This document shows, in pieces, positions 1 through 6,511 of a DNA stretch of 39,904 bases; the first letter of the stretch is position 1; every line of letters begins with the position of its first letter. Source of the DNA: a virus. Taxonomy: Duplodnaviria; Caudoviricetes. The stretch is from the IMG/VR virus record IMGVR_UViG_3300018481_000040, positions 1 through 39,904 of that record; one strand, given 5' to 3'. Both the position numbers and the translations under genes were made by a program. Under the pieces are notes generated by a model, which was not told where the DNA came from, made no database searches, and was given only the letters and a program-made list of their open reading frames with translations.

Positions 1-240
1 GGCGGCCCGTGCGGCGGCCCGTGCGGCGGCCCGTGCGGCGGCCCGTGCGGCGGCCCGTGCGGCGTCCCGTGCGGCGTCCCGTGCGGCGTCCCGTGCGGCG
101 TCCCGTGCGGCGTCCCATGCGGCGGCCCATGCGGCGTCCCATGCGGCGGCCCATGCGGCGGCCCGTGCGGCGGCCCATGCGGCGTCCCGTGCGGCGTCCC
201 CTGCGGCGTCCCGTGCGGCGTCCCCTGCGGCGGCCCATGC
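1..240. repeat. 12-bp tandem repeat, 20 units, consensus GGCG(G/T)CCC(G/A/C)TGC
   Basis: Counted directly. On the minus strand it encodes A-(R/W/G)-(A/D)-A tetrapeptides. Confidence 0.97.
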
Positions 241-672
241 CCCACGCGCGTCCTCACGGACGGCATCGAGGACGGGCTTGATCGAGGGCACCGACGTCGG
301 GTTGAGCTCACCCAGCCCGGCGAGACGGTCGGCCTGCTCGGTCAGCCCAGCGAGACGAAGCCACGCCGGCGTGTGGACACGCACCAGCCAGTCGGTCGCC
401 ATCCACGCGCGCCGTGCCTCAAGGTCGGCGTCACCACGGGTCCCGATGAGGAGCGGCACGTACTTCTTGAGCTGCTGGCGATCGTCGTCGCCGAGCGAGT
501 CGTTCCACGACCGGAGGAACGCGCCGATCACCGGCGACGCGCACTGCGGCGAGTCGGAGAACGGCTCGCCCGCGAGCATCGCGACGGCTTCCATGATGCA
601 CATGCCCTCGTCGGGGCCGCCGTGCGCGCCGTGCTCCAGCACGAGCGCATCGAGGTCGAGCGTGCTGGGCAT
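1..672 (-). CDS. Phage protein with Ala-rich ARDA/AWAA/AGDA repeats, N-terminal part (continues across the contig join to 39729)
   Basis: Not in the ORF track. Manual translation from ATG 672 (overlapping the upstream TGA): MPSTLDLDALVLEHGAHGGPDEGMCIMEAVAMLAGEPFSDSPQCASPVIGAFLRSWND... open through the repeat to base 1. Confidence 0.85.
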   Translation of the reverse strand, partial: MPSTLDLDALVLEHGAHGGPDEGMCIMEAVAMLAGEPFSDSPQCASPVIGAFLRSWNDSLGDDDRQQLKKYVPLLIGTRGDADLEARRAWMATDWLVRVHTPAWLRLAGLTEQADRLAGLGELNPTSVPSIKPVLDAVREDARGAWAAAGDAARDAAGDAARDAAWAAARAAAWAAAWDAAWAAAWDAARDAARDAARDAARDAARAAARAAARAAARAAARAA

Positions 673-1055
673 CAGTCGTCGTCGCCCTTGGGGTCGTCAC
701 CAGCTGCCGGGTCGGCGGCGGGGTCGGTCTCGTCGAGGCCGGGGAGCTTCGAGATCCCCTCGGCCTCCTCGATCTTCTTCCGCTGCGCAGCGAGGAGCCC
801 CTTGACCTTCGTGCCCTCGACGACCGTGGCCTCGCTGGTCTCGATGGTGTGGAGGCGGATGAGGTTGTTGGCGTCATCCTTGGACGGGACGAACTGAACG
901 TTGGCGACCCGCGTCTTGAGGACGACATGGATCTCCTCGCCGAGCTCGTACTCGACGGGTTCGACCTTGAGCGCGGGCGATAGACCATCGCCCGCCTTCG
1001 TGACCTTGATCGCGGTCCCGACTACGTCGTGGCCCTCGAATGTTCCGATGCTCAT
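672..1055 (-). CDS. Hypothetical phage protein
   Basis: 127 aa, globular composition, ATGA-coupled to the upstream HNH gene and TGATG-coupled to the downstream gene. Confidence 0.8.
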   Translation of the reverse strand: MSIGTFEGHDVVGTAIKVTKAGDGLSPALKVEPVEYELGEEIHVVLKTRVANVQFVPSKDDANNLIRLHTIETSEATVVEGTKVKGLLAAQRKKIEEAEGISKLPGLDETDPAADPAAGDDPKGDDD

Positions 1056-1573
1056 GTTCTGGATTCCCTTCTGATGAGGCGACTGATGTGGGAGGAGCCG
1101 ATTCCGAACTCTTGGGCGAGAGCGGCCTGGCTCTCGCCAGCGGCGTTCCGCCTTCGGATGTCAGCGACGTCGGCGTCGGTCAGGACACAGCGACCGTTTC
1201 GCTCACCGCGCGCCAGCTCCGGGTTCGTCTGGAGTGCCTGCCGACCCTTGGCGGCCATGTCGCGCGCGTTGTCCGCTGACGTTCCGAGGAACAGATGGCG
1301 GGGGTTGCAGCATGGGCGGTTGTCGCAGCGGTGCAGGACGAACAACCCGTCGGGGATCGGCCCGACGAGCGCCGCCCACGCGACTCGATGTGCCCGCACG
1401 TGCTTGTCGCCGTTCCAGACGGTCCCGTAGCCGTCGCCCATGGTCGCCCCGGTCCATGGCCAGCACGCCTCTGGGCCGGCGGAGGCATCGATCCATCGCA
1501 CGAGGCGGACGAGGAGCTGCTCGTCGGGTTCGATCGGGATTGTGGGGCGATGCTTGGTGGTCGCGATGGACAT
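1052..1573 (-). CDS. HNH endonuclease (homing-type) with C-terminal HTH
   Basis: CWPWTG...GYG...RAHRVAW...VLHRCDNRPCCNPRHLFLGT..DN motif; RBS AGGAG before ATG 1573. Confidence 0.9.
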   Translation of the reverse strand: MSIATTKHRPTIPIEPDEQLLVRLVRWIDASAGPEACWPWTGATMGDGYGTVWNGDKHVRAHRVAWAALVGPIPDGLFVLHRCDNRPCCNPRHLFLGTSADNARDMAAKGRQALQTNPELARGERNGRCVLTDADVADIRRRNAAGESQAALAQEFGIGSSHISRLIRRESRT

Positions 1574-1656
1574 CGCTGACTCCTGCGCTTGGGCGGTGGG
1601 GGGATGTCTGTTGGAAGAACAGGGGGCGACGGAGAGCCCGCCGCACACGCGTCTCG

Positions 1657-2094
1657 TCAGCGCGCGGCGGCGAACTCCCCGGCAACAGCGGCGACACCAG
1701 CGGGGGGGATGTCACCACCGAGCTCCGGCGGCGGGTTGTAGAGCTCCACCAGCTCCGCCACCCGCGCGAGAACACGGGCCTTCGTCCACACGAGCCGATC
1801 CGGCGCGTGCCCGTCCTCGGTGAACTGCGCGAGCCGCGCCATCATCGACGCAGCATCCGCGAGGTCAAACGGCTCGTCACCGAGGATCGCGTCGAGGAGA
1901 TCCTGCGCGGCGAGCGCGACCTGGTAGGGGATGCCGTGGTCGTCGCAGGCACGGTGACGGTGGACGGCCGGGCGCTGGCGGCTGGGGATCGCCGCGCCAC
2001 GGCCGTCCACGACCTCGGGGGCGACCGCGAGGGGTTCCTGCCGAGACGCCGACCCGTCCCGACCCTCACGGCCGCCCACGAGCTCGGCGGTCAC
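1657..2094 (-). CDS. Hypothetical protein
   Basis: GTGA-coupled to the upstream gene; start uncertain. Confidence 0.6.
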   Translation of the reverse strand: MTAELVGGREGRDGSASRQEPLAVAPEVVDGRGAAIPSRQRPAVHRHRACDDHGIPYQVALAAQDLLDAILGDEPFDLADAASMMARLAQFTEDGHAPDRLVWTKARVLARVAELVELYNPPPELGGDIPPAGVAAVAGEFAAAR

Positions 2095-2300
2095 GAAGCC
2101 ACCGCCGTCTTGCTGGCCAGCCCATAGGCGACTCCACCGTTGCGGCGAGTACGCACGACGAAGCCGTGCCGGATGAGGCTCGACGCCGTCCGCGCCGCAC
2201 CCTCAGAACTCGTCCCGATGGCCACCCCGAGCGCGAGCGGCGAGAGCGGCACGTCAGCCGCGCGCAGCGCCTCGATCGCAGCCCGTTGGCGAGCGGTCAC
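2091..2300 (-). CDS. Small winged-helix DNA-binding protein
   Basis: MTARQRAAIEAL...LSPLALGVAIGTS...TASSLIRHGFVVR..Y matches a wHTH pattern. Confidence 0.65.
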   Translation of the reverse strand: MTARQRAAIEALRAADVPLSPLALGVAIGTSSEGAARTASSLIRHGFVVRTRRNGGVAYGLASKTAVAS

Positions 2301-2587
2301 GAGGCAACCGCCTGACCGTCATCGGCCACAGGCGGCCGAACACCGACCGGCTGGGGAGCGACGCTCAACCGCAGCCCGCGATGGACCTCACGCACCCGAT
2401 CAACCGCGACCGACCGAAGCCCAACGCCCAGCTCGAACACCTCGAGCACGTCCACCGCGCCAGCGGCGTCGACCTCAGCCCGCACGAACCGGCACCGACC
2501 GATCCCAGCGACCGTGACCTCGACCCCCGCGGTCAGCGGCGGGAGGCCCGGGAGCTTCACGCCCTCGGCCGTCACGACGCCGCTCAC
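2297..2587 (-). CDS. Hypothetical protein
   Basis: GTGA-coupled on both sides in the early operon. Confidence 0.65.
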   Translation of the reverse strand: MSGVVTAEGVKLPGLPPLTAGVEVTVAGIGRCRFVRAEVDAAGAVDVLEVFELGVGLRSVAVDRVREVHRGLRLSVAPQPVGVRPPVADDGQAVAS

Positions 2588-2784
2588 GAGGTGGCCTCGG
2601 CAGTCTCAGCGGTGGGACCGGCGAGGATGGCCTCGATGTCGGCCCGGCGGAACCGGTGCTTGCCCGACGGGAGGGTGATGTGGGGGATCCGCCCCGACTT
2701 CACCCAGCTGCGCACCGTCTCGGCGGAGACGCTGAGCATCTCGGCGACCTGCGGGGCGGTGAGGAGCCCTTCCGTCTGTGCCAT
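2584..2784 (-). CDS. Cro/excisionase-like HTH protein (MerR/HTH_17 type)
   Basis: LLTAPQVAEMLSVSAETVRSWVKSGRIPHITLPSGKHRFRRADIEAIL; divergent from the repressor. Confidence 0.88.
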   Translation of the reverse strand: MAQTEGLLTAPQVAEMLSVSAETVRSWVKSGRIPHITLPSGKHRFRRADIEAILAGPTAETAEATS

Positions 2785-2878
2785 GCGGCTAACTTGGCAC
2801 ACTCGATCTAGTTTGACAAGACCAAACTTGCCTGGCGGATCTTGCCCATTCCATGGTTTAGTCGTACATTCTTGGCCT
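2785..2878. promoter_or_regulatory. Divergent lysis/lysogeny promoter-operator region
   Basis: AT-rich gap. Plus strand: TTGCCC(2842)-17 nt-TACATT(2865). Minus strand: TTGTCA(2819)-17 nt-CAAGTT. Inverted repeat AGTTTG-ACAAGAC-CAAACT at 2810-2828. Confidence 0.7.
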
Positions 2879-3235
2879 ATGGCGATGACCGAGACCACAC
2901 CAAACGCCGAACCATGGGTGCCCGACGACACATTCGGCGCCCGTCTCGCCCTGATCCGCCAGCGACTCCACCTCAACGTGAAGCAAGCGGCGGAGCTCTG
3001 CGAGCTCAACTACCAGTCGTGGCACAACTGGGAGCACGGCAGCCTCCCGCGTGACGTCTACGAGACGGCCGAGAAGATTGCCGGCGCCACGGGCTGTTCG
3101 CAGCGCTGGTTGCTCTTGGGGGGCAACCTTCCGCCCGAAGTTGATGGCCCTGACCTGCACCTTGTCCACGGCGAAGACCCCAACCAGGGCGAGCTCCCGT
3201 TCTACCCGCCAGACCTCCGCCTGGTCCCGTCGTGA
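2879..3235 (+). CDS. Immunity repressor (XRE/Cro-C1 HTH)
   Basis: WVPDDTFGARLALIRQRLHLNVKQAAELCELNYQSWHNWEHG..PR...IAGATGCSQRWLLLG; directly upstream of the integrase and divergent from the Cro-like gene. Confidence 0.88.
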   Translation: MAMTETTPNAEPWVPDDTFGARLALIRQRLHLNVKQAAELCELNYQSWHNWEHGSLPRDVYETAEKIAGATGCSQRWLLLGGNLPPEVDGPDLHLVHGEDPNQGELPFYPPDLRLVPS

Positions 3236-3241
3236 CGCTCC

Positions 3242-4240
3242 GTGAGGGTGTTGAGTGGGGCGGTCGCCTGTTGCGGCCCGCTCCCTACTGTGCGTAGGTT
3301 GGCGTCGAAGCATCCGGGCGGCGTTGGGCGGGCGCTGCGTCTTGTTGGGGAGACCGAAATCGATACGACCGCCGCCGCGCGGTCCAGCGTCGTCACGCAC
3401 CACCTGAACTACGTCCGCTGGTGCAACCGCAGCCCGGCGACCATCGAAGAACGCCGCAACACCCTTGGACGTCTGGCCCGCCACGCCCAAGTGGATGACC
3501 TGCTCGAGGTGACCTACGAGCAGCTCTGTGCGTTCCGCGACCGTCCGTCTCGTGCTGGCCAGGCGTTGGCGCAGTCGTCGCAGCGGACCGAGCTGGCGCA
3601 CCTGCGGGCGTTCTTCCAGTGGGCGATGCTCGAGGAGCTCATCGAGCGGGACCCGATGTTGAGGGTGCCGATGCCGAGCCTCCCGCGTCGGTTGCCGCAT
3701 CCGATCCCCGAGCATGAGCTCGCGCTGGCGATCGACACGGCGCGGGAGCGGATCCGGCCGTTCTTCTTCTTGGGGGCGTACGCGGGGCTCCGCGCGAAGG
3801 AGATCGCGCAGCTGCGCGCGGAGGATTTGTGGTGGCACCAGGATCCGCCTCTGCTGGTGGTGCGGGATGGGAAGGGCGGGGACCCGGGGACGGTGCCGAT
3901 CGGTCCGGTCCTCGCGGCGGAGCTCGAAGGGTTGCCGCGGCGCGGGTTCTTGTTCCCGAAGATCAACGGGACGATCGGGCCGGTGCGCGCCGGGGGTGTG
4001 TCGCGCTTGGCGAACGACCACTTGCATGCGACCGGTTCGGTGCACACGATCCATTCGTGTCGGCATCGGTTCGGGACGATGGTGCTCAAGTTGTCGGGCG
4101 GGGATCTGCGGTTGACGCAGGAGTTGATGCGGCACAAGTCGATCCAGTCGACGACGCTCTATACGTTGGTGGATCAGTCGGAGGCGGCGGGGGTGGTGTC
4201 GTTGTTGCCGGCGCCGACGCAGCTGCGGGCGGTGTCGTAG
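3242..4240 (+). CDS. int: Tyrosine integrase (no obvious N-terminal arm-binding domain)
   Basis: Catalytic motifs AGLRAKEI, GKGG, HSCRH, LMRHKSIQSTTLY; start uncertain. Confidence 0.93.
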   Translation: MRVLSGAVACCGPLPTVRRLASKHPGGVGRALRLVGETEIDTTAAARSSVVTHHLNYVRWCNRSPATIEERRNTLGRLARHAQVDDLLEVTYEQLCAFRDRPSRAGQALAQSSQRTELAHLRAFFQWAMLEELIERDPMLRVPMPSLPRRLPHPIPEHELALAIDTARERIRPFFFLGAYAGLRAKEIAQLRAEDLWWHQDPPLLVVRDGKGGDPGTVPIGPVLAAELEGLPRRGFLFPKINGTIGPVRAGGVSRLANDHLHATGSVHTIHSCRHRFGTMVLKLSGGDLRLTQELMRHKSIQSTTLYTLVDQSEAAGVVSLLPAPTQLRAVS

Positions 4241-4258
4241 CGGGGTTGGGGGTCGGCC

Positions 4259-4681
4259 GTGGGACTGGCTCGACCGGCTCTCGCTCCCCCACAGCGAGGA
4301 GGCGTGGGCGGTGGAGTGGCTACGGTCGCTGCTGTGGGGTCGGCAGTTCGCACGAGGTTTGAGCGGCTCGCGCTTTGGGGTTCGGTCGCGGTCGTCGCTG
4401 GATCGGTGTTGCCGTGGGCTGATGACGGCGGCCCTGTGTGGGGCTTCGAGACGGGCGGGGTGCTGACGCTGATCCTCGGGTTGGTGGCTTGGTGGTGGGC
4501 ACTCAACTGGCGGTCCCCCGTCGCGGTCGGGGTCGTGCTCGCTCTCGTCGTCGTTGTGTGGTTGGTCGGGTTCCTGGTGGTGGCGCAGCTGTACGACGCG
4601 GTCGCGGTTACGGTCTTCGTGGTGCCGGTCGGGGCGGTGGTGGGGCTTCGTGGGGCGGTGGGTCAGGCGCCGGCGAAGTAG
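4259..4681 (+). CDS. Multi-pass membrane protein (lysogeny-side accessory gene)
   Basis: About 4 hydrophobic segments; co-oriented with rep/int; true start may be GTG 4316 after GAGGAGG. Confidence 0.65.
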   Translation: MGLARPALAPPQRGGVGGGVATVAAVGSAVRTRFERLALWGSVAVVAGSVLPWADDGGPVWGFETGGVLTLILGLVAWWWALNWRSPVAVGVVLALVVVVWLVGFLVVAQLYDAVAVTVFVVPVGAVVGLRGAVGQAPAK

Positions 4682-4689
4682 GTCCCGGA

Positions 4690-4722
4690 CGCGAAGAGGC
4701 CCCCGCCACGAGGGCGGGGGCC
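4690..4722 (-). terminator. Intrinsic terminator hairpin, possibly bidirectional
   Basis: 10-bp stem GGCCCCCGCC(4698-4707)/GGCGGGGGCC(4713-4722), followed by TCTTC on the minus strand, near where the two transcription directions converge. Confidence 0.75.
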
Positions 4723-4799
4723 AGCGGGAGAGTCTTGCCGTTGTGCGCACCTCGGAGCGGGGCTCTGAGCGGGTGCGCGAGGCTGGGTCGGTGGCGAAG

Positions 4800-4952
4800 A
4801 TGACCGAAGCGGAGTACGTCGCGTTCATCGAAGCGGAGCGGGCCGCAGGCGCTGACCTGGGGCCGTACAGCGTGGTCCCATGCGACTGCGAGCGGCCGAG
4901 CTGCCTGGGGTGGCAGATGGTCCTAGAGAACCATCCGTTCCGGGCGCCCTAG
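4800..4952 (+). CDS. Small hypothetical protein (CxC...C)
   Basis: MTEAEYVAFIEAERAAGADLGPYSVVPCDCERPSCLGWQMVLENHPFRAP; its stop overlaps the stop of the convergent gene. Confidence 0.5.
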   Translation: MTEAEYVAFIEAERAAGADLGPYSVVPCDCERPSCLGWQMVLENHPFRAP

Positions 4953-6511
4953 AGCGGCGCGATCGCGATCCGGCCGAAGGTGTCGAGCGGCCCGGCGTTG
5001 ATCGTCCACAGCCTGATCCCGTGCCCGGTGGCCTGGTTGAACGTGGGGTCGATGGCGGTGGCGACGACAACCCCATCGACGTGGACGCTGAGGTCGTTGC
5101 CGTCTGCGGTGACGGCCACCGTCTGAGGGGCGCCGGCCGGCGCTGGAGTGCCACCACCGCAAAGGAACGTGTACGCCCCGGCGACCTTCTTCCAGAGCGC
5201 CCAGCGGGTCGGTTCGCGCTGGAGAAGCAGATAGTTGTTGTCGTCGATCTTGCGGACGACGAGGGCGCTGAACTGGCACACCCCCCGCCAGGTGAAGTCG
5301 GCCTCGATCGCCACGTTCGGGGTCCCGGTGTCGATGGTGGCGTGTCGCTCCGCGTGCTGCCCTCCCGTCACGACGCCTGTGGCTTGTCCCCCGACGGTCT
5401 GCCAGGTGGGGTGTTCGACCCAGGGGGGACCGAGCGATGCCGCGTCGGGCCGCTCGAAGTCGTCCACGAACGAACCGGGTGGCGGTGGTGGCGGTGGTGG
5501 CGGCGGTGGAGGGTCCGACGGGAAGGGGGGCGGCGGGGGCGGTGGTGGCTCTACGGCGATGTCGATGTAGTACAGGGCGGCACAGCCGATCGTGAACGCG
5601 GTCGTCTCGTAGTTGTTGGGCTTGACCTCGGTGTTCGCCCCGTAGCCCATCCCGATCGCGCTGGCGAAGGGGACGCCGCCGCACATCGCGAGGAGGTCGA
5701 TGGCCCCGTAGAAGCTACGGTTCGGGTTGTTCGCGGCGGTCAGCGCGGCGACCCTCGTGGAGAAGCGTTGGAGGCTCCCGAAGTAGTAGCCGCTGTTCCA
5801 CCAGTCCTCGCAGTTCCCCCGGTAGCTGGGGGTGGCCTCGCCGTCGACGTGGACGTTCCAGGGCCGCTCGAGGAAGGTGTAGTTGCTGACACCCTTGACC
5901 GCTGCGGCGAAGTAGACCAGTGACCCGGCAATCCCGCCCGCGCTCCACAGCGGCAGGGCGACGTTGGGCTGCCCGGTCAGGGGCGTGCGGTACGGGACGG
6001 TCGCAGAGCGAAGGCGCCACCGATCGGTAACCCCAGGGATCTCGCCGGCCTGCCATTGACAGGCAGCGAACATGAACTGGTGCGGCCCGGACGGCACCGG
6101 CACCGACGGGTTGTGGAACTTGACCACGAGGCCGTCGGCGAAGGGGATCAGGTAGGTGAGGGCGCCGCTCACCGTGCCAGGGAACGTCGGGCCGGAGAGC
6201 GACAGGAACGTGTGCTCGGTGCTGACCATCGCCCCGGCCGATTGCCAGGCGTCGTCCTGTGCGCCGAACAGGGTCCCGAACTCCACGTCGATGCTCGGGG
6301 TCGTCTCGCCGTCGACGAAGAACTGGAGTCGCCCGGACCGGGCCATGTCCTTCGAGGAGAACGTGAACTGGGTCGACCGCAGCACCCCTGGCCCGTCGAT
6401 GACGTGAAGGATCTGCGAGGCACCGACCGCCGGGTAGAGCACGCAATTGGCGATGTCCGTCCGCACCGGAGCGACGCTGAGCTCAAGGCGGTCAGCGGTG
6501 GCCGTGCTCAC
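4949..6511 (-). CDS. DUF2961/GH172-like glycoside hydrolase + polyproline linker + C-terminal beta-sandwich domain
   Basis: GPGVLRSTQFT...RLQFFVDGETTPSIDVEFGTLFG...IPFADG and FLERPWNVHVDGEATPSYRGNCEDWWNSGYYFG resemble the DUF2961 signature motifs; GTGA-coupled to the tail fibre gene. Confidence 0.75.
   Translation of the reverse strand: MSTATADRLELSVAPVRTDIANCVLYPAVGASQILHVIDGPGVLRSTQFTFSSKDMARSGRLQFFVDGETTPSIDVEFGTLFGAQDDAWQSAGAMVSTEHTFLSLSGPTFPGTVSGALTYLIPFADGLVVKFHNPSVPVPSGPHQFMFAACQWQAGEIPGVTDRWRLRSATVPYRTPLTGQPNVALPLWSAGGIAGSLVYFAAAVKGVSNYTFLERPWNVHVDGEATPSYRGNCEDWWNSGYYFGSLQRFSTRVAALTAANNPNRSFYGAIDLLAMCGGVPFASAIGMGYGANTEVKPNNYETTAFTIGCAALYYIDIAVEPPPPPPPPFPSDPPPPPPPPPPPPGSFVDDFERPDAASLGPPWVEHPTWQTVGGQATGVVTGGQHAERHATIDTGTPNVAIEADFTWRGVCQFSALVVRKIDDNNYLLLQREPTRWALWKKVAGAYTFLCGGGTPAPAGAPQTVAVTADGNDLSVHVDGVVVATAIDPTFNQATGHGIRLWTINAGPLDTFGRIAIAPL

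Noticed and set aside
1-240. Repeat array as CRISPR, or the plus-strand ORF 9-281 (RRPV repeats) as a gene
   Set aside because: Units are contiguous 12-mers with no spacers and there are no cas genes. The minus-strand frame continues a coupled, protein-like ORF, so the plus ORF is its shadow.
2091-2587. Shared C-termini (AVAS, EATS, EAS) as degradation tags on many early proteins
   Set aside because: Largely explained by the next gene's RBS and GTGA/ATGA overlap constraining the last codons; not separable from chance without experiments.
3232-3243. GTGACGCTCCGT between repressor and int, also reversed near 29671-29682
   Set aside because: Only 12 bp, and shorter versions occur inside coding regions; insufficient to call an operator or att arm site.
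2858-4828. Long alternative-frame ORFs (e.g. 2858-4828 minus, 21554-23491 plus, 27886-29157 minus, and 5' extensions of 6508-9384 and 17519-19930)
   Set aside because: Arg/Pro-rich shadow frames typical of high-GC DNA, overlapping well-supported genes.
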